Shown: piece after piece, positions 11,390 to 21,009 of the stretch
Layout: every line of letters begins with the position of its first letter
How positions within the stretch are numbered: position 1 is the stretch's first letter
Assembly: GCA_963718565.1 (NCBI GenBank)
Contig: OY970364.1
Location: forward strand, 352,001-416,000
From: an uncultured Verrucomicrobiae bacterium
GTDB lineage: Bacteria; Chlamydiota; Chlamydiia; Chlamydiales; Rhabdochlamydiaceae
Direction: 5' to 3'
DNA length: 64,000 nt
Translations under genes and position numbers: made by a program
The notes under the pieces: model-generated
Seen by the model: only the letters and a program-made list of their open reading frames with translations
What the model was told of the DNA's origin: nothing
The model's database searches: none

Positions 11390-11677
11390 ATGGCTAAACG
11401 AATCTCGCACCAAGCCAGTTTTAAAGGCAGGGTAGCGCTTGAGGCATTAAAGGAAGACAAGACACTATCAGACTTGGCCCAACAATTCAAAATACATCCA
11501 GCACAAATCACCAAATGGAAAAGTCAAGCAGTTCAAGGCATCTCGCGGCTGTTTGAAGATAGGCGTAAAAAAAAATCGGCCCCAGATATAGACATTGAGG
11601 CGCTTTATGCCCAAATAGGCAGGCTTCAGTCTCAGCTCGAATTTTTGAAAAAAAAAACCGGGGTTGACAACTCTTGA
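11390..11677 (+). CDS. IS3 OrfA (HTH)
   Basis: FKGRVALEAL...LAQQFKIHPAQITKWK; A10 slippery run at the 3' end. Confidence 0.92.
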   Translation: MAKRISHQASFKGRVALEALKEDKTLSDLAQQFKIHPAQITKWKSQAVQGISRLFEDRRKKKSAPDIDIEALYAQIGRLQSQLEFLKKKTGVDNS

Positions 11678-12551
11678 GAAACGCAGGTTGATTGAACCTG
11701 AACATCCCATGTTATCTGTCGAGGCTCAATGTGAAGCGTTGGGCCTCCCTCGATCTAGTTATTACTATGCTCCTATAGTAGAGTCAGAGGAAACCCTTGC
11801 TCTTATGCAGAAAATAGAAGAATTGCATTATGCGCAACCCGAATATGGTTATAGAAAAATACATGCCGATTTAAGGCGTGAGGGATTTAACGTGAATGAA
11901 AAAAGGATTGAGAGGTTATGGAGAAAAATGGGGTTTTTATCTGTTCTTCCCAGAAAAAACCTCAGCAAACCCTCCGCATCACACCCGCACTATCCCTATT
12001 TATTAAATGGTTTGTGGATTGGAACTCCTAACCAGGTTTTCAGTGCCGATATAACATTTCTCCCATTGGCTAACGGTTTTGTCTATCTGATTACAGTGAC
12101 CGATTGGTTTAGCAGATACGTGCTTGCTCAGGAGCTCTCGAACACTATAACTGTGGATTTTTGTCTTGCAGCACTAGAAATAGCCTTACAGAAAACGTGT
12201 CCAGAATATTTTAACACGGATCAAGGGTCTCAATTTACAAGCACCGCGTTTCTAGAATTATTGCGGCAACGGGGTATCAAGATCAGCATGGACGGCAAGG
12301 GCAGGTGCATTGACAACGTCTATCAAGAGAGAGGTTGGTGGTCTCTGAAATACGAAAAAATATATTTACATCGTTATGAAACAGTAAGAGCACTGCGTGC
12401 TGGGGTTGATGAGTATATCGAGCATTTCAATTGCAGTAGACCGCATCAGGCCTTATTGTATGCGACACCCAATGAAATTTATCATGGAATCAAACCCAAA
12501 TATTCAAAAGGAGAGTACAAAGGATTCGAAGTCAAAAAAGCAAAAAAATGA
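11664..12551 (+). CDS. IS3 OrfB (DDE integrase core), -1 frame relative to orfA
   Basis: YGYRKI, SADITF, NTDQGSQFTS, SLKYE, RPHQAL. Confidence 0.95.
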   Translation: MTTLEKRRLIEPEHPMLSVEAQCEALGLPRSSYYYAPIVESEETLALMQKIEELHYAQPEYGYRKIHADLRREGFNVNEKRIERLWRKMGFLSVLPRKNLSKPSASHPHYPYLLNGLWIGTPNQVFSADITFLPLANGFVYLITVTDWFSRYVLAQELSNTITVDFCLAALEIALQKTCPEYFNTDQGSQFTSTAFLELLRQRGIKISMDGKGRCIDNVYQERGWWSLKYEKIYLHRYETVRALRAGVDEYIEHFNCSRPHQALLYATPNEIYHGIKPKYSKGEYKGFEVKKAKK

Positions 12552-13301
12552 AAGTTGAAAATCCAAGAACGTTTGTGTACGTATATGCCAAGCATTCCGA
12601 GGGCTTTTCAAGAAGCCTGTCCGGCTTATTTGGGAAAGGCTTGTCGGGGGACTACCGTCCCCCCTGCTCCCGCCTTCGGCGGATGGGGCCCCTACCCCAT
12701 CCACCTCAGTTTGGGCATTATAAGGTCTGTTTTTCAGAATAAGAGGAGGGTCGGGGCTTCGCCCCCGCACCCCCGAAAACAGGAAAGTTCTCACTGGAGA
12801 AAAAAGAAGAAAAGAAAAAAAGAGATTGTAGGAAATATAACCTTAGAATAATATGCAGCGAATATGAGCTGCAGAATGGCTTATAGAGAAAGACTTAACA
12901 CAGAGAGTTACTTATTCCCCTCGATTTTCTGTCCAACTTTTTGTCGGCAGCGCACCGCTCCTCGCCTTGGGGTTTCCTCCTCCTGGCCTGAATTTAGGTC
13001 TTTTAGGCGTTTTTGTTAGACGTGTGATTTCATCTTTGAGTTCTTGCACTGTCTTCTTCAAAGAGACTATTTCCTCGCTCTGCTCCTGAACAAGGACGAC
13101 GATTGTCTGAAGCCAAGGAACAGCGTGCAGTTCTGAAGGGATCTTAGAAAGGCATTTGTTTGAGTTCATGCCAGAGCAGTCTAAATATAGGGCGCTCTGT
13201 TATCAAGCGAAAGTTTTATTAATGGGTCTGGGCGTTTTGTTCTGACTTTACAAGCCGCTCAATTCATACCTCCTCGGAGACCTGTGGCAAGCACTGAATG
13301 T

Positions 13302-13396
13302 CATTTGGATCCATGCCAGGCTTTGCATTTATCGATCTCAATCAGGCATGGATCCAAATGGTCTTCAACTTTTGCCATGAGTTTTTAAGGACGTAC
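13302..13396. repeat. Palindromic element, family F (copy 2, left arm truncated)
   Basis: GGCATGGATCCAAATGGTCTTCAACTTTTGCCATGAGTTTTTAAGGACGTAC. Confidence 0.8.
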
Positions 13397-13422
13397 ATTT
13401 TTGATGCATTTTTTTGCCGCTT

Positions 13423-13489
13423 CTATACTGAAGAAACTTCAAAAACTGGTTTTTTTAGCCTCCCTGTAACGGACTGTACGAACACAGCC
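13423..13489. repeat. Dispersed repeat, family E (about 66 bp), encoding the UvrA C-terminus
   Basis: CTATACTGAAGAAACTTCAAAAA...CGAACACAGCC; near-identical to 20477-20542. Confidence 0.85.
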
Positions 13490-16400
13490 TCTCTTTACCT
13501 TTCAGAAATTGCAACTGTTCGCGCAGATAGGGGGCTGTTAATGAATTCTTATTTCGGGCGATTTCTTCCGGAGTGCCGGATGCAACGATTTTTCCTCCGT
13601 GCTCTCCGCTACCCGGACCCATGTCAATGATGTAATCGGCAGCAGCGATCACATCGAGGTTATGCTCGATGATGACGACCGTATTGCCCATTTCGACCAA
13701 GCGTTGGAAGATGAGAAGAAGTTTCACGATATCGTCCGTATGAAGCCCGACAGTGGGCTCATCGAATAAATAGAGAGTATTGCCCGTCGAACGTTTGGCA
13801 AGTTCTCGGGAAAGTCTTATTCTCTGTGCTTCGCCGCCAGAAAGAGTGGCGATTTCTTGGCCCAATTGGAGATAGCTGAGTCCGACCGAAATCAATGTTT
13901 CCAAAATACGCACGGACTTAGGGATCGGAGGCAAAAAAGAAAGAGCCTCTTCGGCTGTCATCTGCAAGATCTGGCCGAGGTGCTTGCCTTTGGTCGTGAC
14001 TTTTAGACTTAATGGATTGAGCCGAAAACCGTGGCAGGATTCGCAAACGACCTTCACCGGGGGTAAAAATTGCAAAGAAATATGACGCGTTCCTAGCCCC
14101 CAGCAAGCCGTGCACATCCCTTTTCGATGATTGAAACTAAAATTCTTAGGGCTCAAACCGCGTGCTTTAGCTTCGGGTAGCGAGGCAAAGAAATAACGTA
14201 AAACAGAGAGTAAGTCGATATAGGTACTGACATCTGCTCGAATGGTGTGGCCGATAGGACTTTGATCAAGAACAAGGAGTTTGTCAAAGGCATCCGCTCC
14301 CAGAAATTGTCCGCCGCCGTAAACGATTTCCTTAGCCCCTTTTGATCTCCCTCTTTTACCGCGCAATGCGATTTCAACAGCAGGTTGCAGAAGGTTGTTG
14401 AGCAGGGTCGATTTTCCTGACCCAGAAACGCCTGTGATACACGTGATGGTTTGAAGGGGGATATCGACATCGACATTTTTAAGGTTGTGCATTGTCGCAT
14501 GGCGAATGCGATAGAACTCTGTAGATATGCGCCGAGAAGCAGGCAGGGGAATTTTTTTCTTGCCGCTTAAGTATTGACCCGTCAAAGAGTCGGGGTTTCG
14601 TTTGATCTCATCAAAGGTTCCCGATGCAATGATTTTTCCTCCCTGTTTTCCAGCCATGGGCCCAAAATCGAGGATATAGTCAGCGAGTTTGATCGTGAGC
14701 GGGTCGTGCTCGACTAGCAACAGTGTATTGCCGAGAGAGCAGAGCTGCGTTAAAGAGTGATTTAAGCGTTCGTTGTCATGAGGATGAAGGCCAATCGTCG
14801 GCTCATCGAGGACATAAAGACAGCCAGTGAGGCCGCTGCCCAGTTGCCTTGCAAGGCGAATCCGCTGAGATTCTCCGCCGGAGAGTGTTGGAGCGCTGCG
14901 CTCTAATGCAAGGTATCCCAGGCCAATTGCGCGAAGAAAATGAAGGCGTGATTTCAATTGCCTTAAAGTCTCTTCGAGGAACATCTGGTCATCATCGGAA
15001 AGCGTGATGTTTTCGATGAATGCGAATGCTGCGTCGATGGGCAAGCGGCAAAGGTCCACAAGTGACACATTGTGAATTCTGACATTGCGGGCGAGGGGAT
15101 TGAGCCGTGTTCCTTGGCAGGAAAGGCATGGAGTTTGGTCGAGCAAGGGAAGCAGAGGCTCGCGGATTTCAGGATCAGAACTTTTGGCCAGCATAGCCAG
15201 AACAGGATTAAATCCACGCCATTTAAAAAGAACGCCCTGATGCTTGACTTCTTTATCTTCTTTGGGCCCAGACAAGAGCAGCTGCAATTGGTCTGTTGTC
15301 AATTCCGAAAGGGGAGCTTTAGGTTCGATCTTCGTTTTTTTGAGAAACTCGAGAAAAACAGCAAGGGTCTCTTTGGTCACGTTCTCTTTCCAGAGCAAAC
15401 GTAGAAGGTTGAGGGAACTCATTTTCATCATTTCTGAATGGCGTGTGAGATCGGCCCCGTACTGAAAGCCGAGTCCTTGGCAATCGAGACACATTCCTTG
15501 CTCCGTATTAAAAGAGAAAGTATGCGGCGTGATCGGCGGATAAGATTTTCCCGTACTGGGATCTGCAAAAGAAAGATTGAAAAAGAGATCTTGCTCCTCC
15601 AGCGCAGCGACAAGCGTTCCTCCGGAAAGAGTGGCGGCCTGATCGATCGCATCAAAGAGACGTTTCTTATGTTCTGCGGAGACGATCAAACGATCGATGA
15701 CAAGGAATAATGCGTTTTTGCGTTGTTTGTCAAAAGGAATCTCTTGATCCAGTTCGTGATAGACATTGTTCAAGCGGATGCGCAGAAAACCTTGGCGCTG
15801 TAACTTGTCTTTGAGTTCTTCAAATTTTTCATTGCGTTTAAGGGCCAATGGAGAAAGAATCTGTAATTTTGTTCGATGGGGAAGTTCAAGCAATCGTTTA
15901 AGGACAATGTCTTTGCTCATTGTACGAATCTCTTTGCCGGTGTCAGGACTGTAGGCTGTGCCGAGATGAGCGTAAAGCACTCTTAAAAAGTCATAAGCTT
16001 CTGTCATCGTGCCGATGGTGCTGCGCGGGTTGCCGGCATGGCTTTTTTGTTCGATAGCAATTGCGGGAGAAAGCCCTTCGACATTCTCAACTTTTGGCTT
16101 CGGCATCTGCTTGACAAATCCGCGGGCATAGGCTGACATCGATTCAATATAACGGCGTTGTCCTTCAGAATACACAGTTTCAAAGGCAAATGAAGATTTT
16201 CCCGAGCCGGAAGGGCCGGTGCATACAGTGATTTTTCCACGAGGGATGTGGGCATCGACTGCCTTTAAATTGTTTTGCGCGGCGCCCTCTACAGTAATGT
16301 GCTGAGTAGGTTGCCGAGGTTGCGAAGTCTGCTTTGCAATGGGTGCGATAGGCGAGGATCGTAAAAACAGCTTTAGCGCTTCTCCAGTTGGGGTTTTCAT

Positions 16401-19169
16401 TTTCGCAATGTTTTCAGGAGTTCCCGCAGCGACGAGTTCTCCACCGAATTTTCCACCTTCGGGCCCTAAATCGATGATCCAGTCCGCACATTTGACAAGA
16501 TCCATGTGATGCTCAATCACAAGAACTGTGTTGCCTCGCTCAATCAGTTTTTGCAAGACATTAATCAATTTTTTGATGTCGTGAAAATGCAATCCCGTCG
16601 TCGGCTCATCGAGAATATACATCGTATTTCCGCTGGAGGGGCGGGAAAGTTCTTTGGCAAGCTTGATGCGCTGCGCCTCGCCCCCCGAAAGTGTGGGAGA
16701 GGGCTGTCCCAATTTAATGTAGTCTAGCCCAACATCCATCAGAGTCTCAAGCTTGGATTTAAGATGAGGGATTGCAGAAAAGAACTGAACGCCCTCGCTG
16801 ACGGTCATTTCGAGAACCTCGTAAATGCTTTTGCCGCGATAAAGGATAGAAAGAGTGTTTGGGTCAAAACGCTGTCCTTTACAATGCTCGCAAGGGATCC
16901 ACTCATCTTCCATGAAGTCCATGTCAATTTTGATCATCCCCATTCCAGAGCAATGCGGGCAGGAACCGTCTTTGACATTGAAGCTGAAGCGGCCCGCTTT
17001 ATAGCCTGAGGCAACACTTTCAGGAAGTTGACTGAATAGATCTCGGATATCGTCAAAGAGTTTGATGAAAGTTGCGGGATTGGAGCGCGGCGTACGGCCG
17101 ATAGGGGTTTGGTCGATGGCGATCACTTTATCGATCTGATTAAGTCCATGAACCGCTTTATATTTGCCCACAGGAAGCTGAGAATTGTGCAAATGGTTGG
17201 AAAGAATCGGATAGAGCGTGTCGCTGATTAGTGAAGATTTGCCAGATCCAGAAACTCCGGTGATAGCGACAAACAGTTTCAGTGGGATTTCGACGCTAAT
17301 CCCTTTTAGGTTGTGATGAGAGGCTTTTTCAATCGTCAGAGTATGGGCAAATGAGCGCCGTTTAGGGATAGAAATCTGTTTTTTCCCTGAGAGATAAGCC
17401 CCTGTGAGAGAATCTGGAGAAGAGAGAAGTTCTTGCAGACTGCCTTGCACAATGACTTTGCCGCCAAACTGTCCAGCTAAAGGCCCCACATCGATAATGG
17501 TATCTGCAGCACGGATAGTTTCTTCATCATGTTCGACGACGATCACGGTATTTCCTTGATCGCGCAAACTCTTTAAAGTCTGCAGGAGTTTGGCATTATC
17601 TCTGGGATGTAATCCAATAGAAGGCTCGTCGAGAACATAGGTCGCGCCGACAAGTCCCGATCCGATTTGCGATGCCAGCCGGACGCGCTGGGACTCGCCG
17701 CCAGATAGCGTAGGTGCAGTACGCTCTAGGCTGAGATAGTGCAGGCCTACCCCTGTGAGAAAGAGAAGGCGTTGGACGATTTCTTTAAGGAGCTCTTCTG
17801 CAATTGTTGTTTCATTTTTCGTCAGTTTGAGTGTTTGAAAAAATTGAAGGGCATCATCGATGGACATTGCGGTAATGTGTGCAATCCTTTTTCCACCGAC
17901 AGTTGCTGCTGCGGGATAAGGACGGATCTTGGCTCCCGAGCAGTCGGAGCAGATCGATTCATGCATGAACTCTTTCATTTTGGTGCGGTACAAATCGCTG
18001 TGCGCTTGATGGAAACGCTCTTTGGCCTCAAAGAGAACTCCGCGCCATTGGACGTATTCCGTCCATCGACTCTTTTTAATGGGATGGACAAAGCGCATTT
18101 CCGTCCATTTTTTTTCTGTCCCGTAGAGGAAAACATGTTGGGCTTTTTCGGAAAGTTTCTTCCAAGGCATCTTCACATCGAATCCATAGATTTTTGCCAA
18201 ATTATTATAGATATTCCCATAGCGCACTGTCTTGTAAGAGCTCGCAATGGAACAACAATCTTCAGCGATGGAGAGTTCAGGATCGATGATCTTTGCGATA
18301 TCGAATTCCTGAACGATTCCGAGCCCCTGACAAGTCAGGCACATTCCGGAAGGATGATTAAAAGAAAAATCGGCAGGACTCAAAGGGCCGTATGAAAGAT
18401 GAGATTTAGGGGAATAAGCATGCTGGGAAAATAAGGTTTCTTGGCCACTATCCATTTCTAAAACGCTCATGAGTCCCTGACCTACCTCAAGGGCTTGGGT
18501 TAAACTCTCTGCCAAACGGCTGTCATTTTCTGGCCCCAAGGTCAATCTATCGATAACGATATCGATATCATGGGCAACTTTCCCATCCATTTTAATCTCT
18601 TCACTTAAATCAACCACTTTTCCATCGAGGCGGACTCGTGTAAAACCTTTGCGGACAAGTTCGGCAAAATCCTCTTTAAATTCGCCTTTTTTGTTTTTGG
18701 CAAACGGGGCTAGAAGAATGAGGCGCGCTCCTTGCGGCATTTCACGGATCGTGCGTAAGATATGCTCAGCGCTTTGAGGAGTGACGACCTCGCCGCTAAT
18801 TGGACAGTGGGCGATGCCGACCCGCGCAAAGAGCACGCGCATAAAGTCGTAAATTCCTGTCACTGTTCCCACTGTCGATCGCGGATTTCTGCCAGCTGTC
18901 TTTTGTTCGATGGCAATGGTGGGAGAGATTCCACTGATTAGCTCTGCATCCGGCTTGGCAAAATCTCCAAGATGCCTGCGGGCATACGTGGACAATGATT
19001 CAATATAGCGCCGCTGACCTTCCACGTAGATGGTGTCGAATGCAAGCGATGACTTTCCCGAGCCGGAGACTCCGGTAAAGACGATCAATTGGTTGTGGTT
19101 TAAAGTCAGGTCGACATCTTTTAGATTGTGGACCTTGACTTTTTTTAAAATGATTTGCGGTTCTTGCAT
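13455..19169 (-). CDS. uvrA: Excinuclease ABC subunit A, tandem-duplicated chlamydial form
   Basis: Four Walker A motifs (GxSGSGKS), four LSGGE signatures, Zn-finger CxxC motifs; about 1900 aa. Confidence 0.97.
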   Translation of the reverse strand: MQEPQIILKKVKVHNLKDVDLTLNHNQLIVFTGVSGSGKSSLAFDTIYVEGQRRYIESLSTYARRHLGDFAKPDAELISGISPTIAIEQKTAGRNPRSTVGTVTGIYDFMRVLFARVGIAHCPISGEVVTPQSAEHILRTIREMPQGARLILLAPFAKNKKGEFKEDFAELVRKGFTRVRLDGKVVDLSEEIKMDGKVAHDIDIVIDRLTLGPENDSRLAESLTQALEVGQGLMSVLEMDSGQETLFSQHAYSPKSHLSYGPLSPADFSFNHPSGMCLTCQGLGIVQEFDIAKIIDPELSIAEDCCSIASSYKTVRYGNIYNNLAKIYGFDVKMPWKKLSEKAQHVFLYGTEKKWTEMRFVHPIKKSRWTEYVQWRGVLFEAKERFHQAHSDLYRTKMKEFMHESICSDCSGAKIRPYPAAATVGGKRIAHITAMSIDDALQFFQTLKLTKNETTIAEELLKEIVQRLLFLTGVGLHYLSLERTAPTLSGGESQRVRLASQIGSGLVGATYVLDEPSIGLHPRDNAKLLQTLKSLRDQGNTVIVVEHDEETIRAADTIIDVGPLAGQFGGKVIVQGSLQELLSSPDSLTGAYLSGKKQISIPKRRSFAHTLTIEKASHHNLKGISVEIPLKLFVAITGVSGSGKSSLISDTLYPILSNHLHNSQLPVGKYKAVHGLNQIDKVIAIDQTPIGRTPRSNPATFIKLFDDIRDLFSQLPESVASGYKAGRFSFNVKDGSCPHCSGMGMIKIDMDFMEDEWIPCEHCKGQRFDPNTLSILYRGKSIYEVLEMTVSEGVQFFSAIPHLKSKLETLMDVGLDYIKLGQPSPTLSGGEAQRIKLAKELSRPSSGNTMYILDEPTTGLHFHDIKKLINVLQKLIERGNTVLVIEHHMDLVKCADWIIDLGPEGGKFGGELVAAGTPENIAKMKTPTGEALKLFLRSSPIAPIAKQTSQPRQPTQHITVEGAAQNNLKAVDAHIPRGKITVCTGPSGSGKSSFAFETVYSEGQRRYIESMSAYARGFVKQMPKPKVENVEGLSPAIAIEQKSHAGNPRSTIGTMTEAYDFLRVLYAHLGTAYSPDTGKEIRTMSKDIVLKRLLELPHRTKLQILSPLALKRNEKFEELKDKLQRQGFLRIRLNNVYHELDQEIPFDKQRKNALFLVIDRLIVSAEHKKRLFDAIDQAATLSGGTLVAALEEQDLFFNLSFADPSTGKSYPPITPHTFSFNTEQGMCLDCQGLGFQYGADLTRHSEMMKMSSLNLLRLLWKENVTKETLAVFLEFLKKTKIEPKAPLSELTTDQLQLLLSGPKEDKEVKHQGVLFKWRGFNPVLAMLAKSSDPEIREPLLPLLDQTPCLSCQGTRLNPLARNVRIHNVSLVDLCRLPIDAAFAFIENITLSDDDQMFLEETLRQLKSRLHFLRAIGLGYLALERSAPTLSGGESQRIRLARQLGSGLTGCLYVLDEPTIGLHPHDNERLNHSLTQLCSLGNTLLLVEHDPLTIKLADYILDFGPMAGKQGGKIIASGTFDEIKRNPDSLTGQYLSGKKKIPLPASRRISTEFYRIRHATMHNLKNVDVDIPLQTITCITGVSGSGKSTLLNNLLQPAVEIALRGKRGRSKGAKEIVYGGGQFLGADAFDKLLVLDQSPIGHTIRADVSTYIDLLSVLRYFFASLPEAKARGLSPKNFSFNHRKGMCTACWGLGTRHISLQFLPPVKVVCESCHGFRLNPLSLKVTTKGKHLGQILQMTAEEALSFLPPIPKSVRILETLISVGLSYLQLGQEIATLSGGEAQRIRLSRELAKRSTGNTLYLFDEPTVGLHTDDIVKLLLIFQRLVEMGNTVVIIEHNLDVIAAADYIIDMGPGSGEHGGKIVASGTPEEIARNKNSLTAPYLREQLQFLKGKERLCSYSPLQGG

Positions 19170-19216
19170 CAAATTTTTCGACATTAGGACAAGATTTAAG
19201 TACAATTACAAGAAGT

Positions 19217-19390
19217 TATACCGAAATGAATTCAAGATTTGGGAATTTGGCAAGGAGGCGCCCTGAATTTGAGCCAGTGTATGCGGCGCCGAAGCAGCAC
19301 AACTTGAATAAGTTGTGCGATGCAGGCGGGCTCAAATACAGCGGCTGCCCGACGTAGCCAAAAACCAAATCTTGAGTTCATTTCGGTATA
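19217..19390. repeat. MITE-like element, family C (174 bp)
   Basis: IRs TATACCGAAATGAATTCAAGATTTGG / CCAAATCTTGAGTTCATTTCGGTATA; solo arm at 10418-10443. Confidence 0.85.
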
Positions 19391-19426
19391 TTTTCTACTT
19401 TTTGAATTTCTTAGTCACTATGCAAT

Positions 19427-20473
19427 ATGGTTGCTAGACTTTTTCTTGTTGTCATCTTGATTTTTAACTTTTTACCCGGATGGGGAAAAGAGATTTCCCA
19501 AGCTGTTCTTGTGACCGGCGGGGCAGGGTATATTGGGACGCAGACTTGCAAGGCCTTAAAGGAAGCAAGCTATTTCCCCATTGTTTATGATAATTTATCG
19601 CATGGTCATGCCCAAGCTGTCAAATGGGGGGTTTTAGAAATTGGGGACATTTCGGATCGAAAAAAACTCTATCAAGTCATCGATAAGTACCATCCTATTG
19701 CTGTCATCCATTTTGCAGGGTTCAAATCGGTAGGGGAATCTGGGAAGGATCCTGCCAAATATTATCTTAACAACGTTTGCGGCTCTGCGATTTTACTCGA
19801 TGCCATGCGGGAAAAAGGAGTGAACAAGGTGATTCTTTCAAGTACTGCGACATTGTATGGTCAAGTCTCAAAATTTTGTCCGATCAAAGAGACAGACGCA
19901 TGTCAACCCATCAATCCTTATGGAACCTCAAAATGGATGGTGGAAAAGATGATTCAAGATTTTAATCAAGCCTATGGTTTGCAATATGTGATTCTGCGTT
20001 ATTTCAATGTGGCAGGTGCGGATCTCCAATCCCAATGCGGAGAGAGGGGATCTTCTCCACAGAATCTGATCCCTATCATCCTTCAAGTGGCTAGCAAGAA
20101 AAGAGAAGAATTACAGATTTTTGGAAGCGACTATCCGACACCTGATGGAACGGCGATTCGCGATTACATTCACGTCGTTGATCTTGCAGATGCTCATGTT
20201 AAAGCATTGCAATATTTGCTCAAGGCTAATCCCAGCGCCATCATCAATGTCGGCACTGGGAAAGGATCTTCGGTTAAAGAAGTTGTGGCAGTCGCGCGAT
20301 CAGTCACAAAGCAAATCATTCCAGTGAAAGAGGCTCCTCGCCGTGCAGGGGACCCTCCCTTTTTAACGGCGGATGATGAGCGCGCTAAAAAACTATTGGG
20401 CTGGGAGGCAAAGCATTCGGATCTAGAGACGATTATTGAAAGCGAATGGAAGTGGATCCAGCTCCAGCAATAG
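19427..20473 (+). CDS. galE: UDP-glucose 4-epimerase
   Basis: VLVTGGAGYIG, PINPYGTSK (YxxxK), LRYFNVAG, DGTAIRDYIHVVDLA. Confidence 0.95.
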   Translation: MVARLFLVVILIFNFLPGWGKEISQAVLVTGGAGYIGTQTCKALKEASYFPIVYDNLSHGHAQAVKWGVLEIGDISDRKKLYQVIDKYHPIAVIHFAGFKSVGESGKDPAKYYLNNVCGSAILLDAMREKGVNKVILSSTATLYGQVSKFCPIKETDACQPINPYGTSKWMVEKMIQDFNQAYGLQYVILRYFNVAGADLQSQCGERGSSPQNLIPIILQVASKKREELQIFGSDYPTPDGTAIRDYIHVVDLADAHVKALQYLLKANPSAIINVGTGKGSSVKEVVAVARSVTKQIIPVKEAPRRAGDPPFLTADDERAKKLLGWEAKHSDLETIIESEWKWIQLQQ

Positions 20474-20476
20474 AGG

Positions 20477-20542
20477 CTATACTGAAGAAACTTCAAAAAT
20501 TAGTTTTTTTAGCCTCCCTGTAACGACTGTGCGAACACAGCC
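20477..20542. repeat. Dispersed repeat, family E (copy 2)
   Basis: Matches 13423-13489. Confidence 0.85.
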
Positions 20543-21009
20543 GGCAGGAGATTAACGCAAAGACGCAGAGCCGCGAAGTCGCGGAGATTTTATAAATCAT
20601 TACCATCAGATTGCTATAGCGCACTATGCCTTCAAGCACATAGCAACTTTCAATTTTTAAACCCAGCTGTTAGGGGGTTTAGGTCGGCAGGGACATTTGC
20701 AATTGATGTTCTCTGCATAGGCGGTTCCTAGGAAAAACAATAGGCACATGATTCCTAGAAATAATCTTGATTGGTTTTTCATCTTACACCTCCTATTTTT
20801 CACGAACACAGGCTTGAAACTCAAGATTTGCTTATATATCTATTGCGCTTAATTAACAAGAGAAAATGGGGTAATTTACTTTCCCGATGAAAATTTTCCG
20901 CTAGGAAAATTCTTCATCGAGAATGGCTCCCTTTACTTCCAGTGATTGCAAATTTGCCAGATTCGTTTTACTATGTGGGAAAATCAAGCACTTTAAAAAA
21001 CATCGCTTC

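Larger units (their letters stand above)
11300..12954 (+). mobile_element. IS3-family element, complete copy 2 (1655 bp)
   Basis: 25-bp imperfect IRs with TG...CA ends; 3-bp target duplication CCG. Confidence 0.95.
10600..13169 (-). pseudogene. IS66-family-like transposase relic, internally deleted, frameshifted and split by IS3
   Basis: Coiled-coil N-terminus LKDEITRL, GSRFKGYQTYVVQEL, C-terminus KRRNISGTTKSVEGRQFRDGLLTLKQTCARLGVSFWEYL; the frame rejoins across the CCG duplication. Confidence 0.75.

Noticed and set aside
12504..12851. Short ORFs in the IS3 3' tail (also at 28420-28821)
   Set aside because: Overlapping frames over hairpin-rich DNA with no recognisable motifs; a 1-nt indel between the copies alters them.
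17739..18395. 218-aa antisense ORF within uvrA, and similar shadow ORFs elsewhere
   Set aside because: Opposite-strand shadows of well-supported genes with no motifs.
13455..19205. Double-length UvrA as a novelty
   Set aside because: A tandemly duplicated UvrA is a known chlamydial feature.
20543..21000. Possible gene or ncRNA between galE and pyk
   Set aside because: No ORF of note; only short repeat-like scraps and one hairpin (about 20885-20920), not enough for a call.
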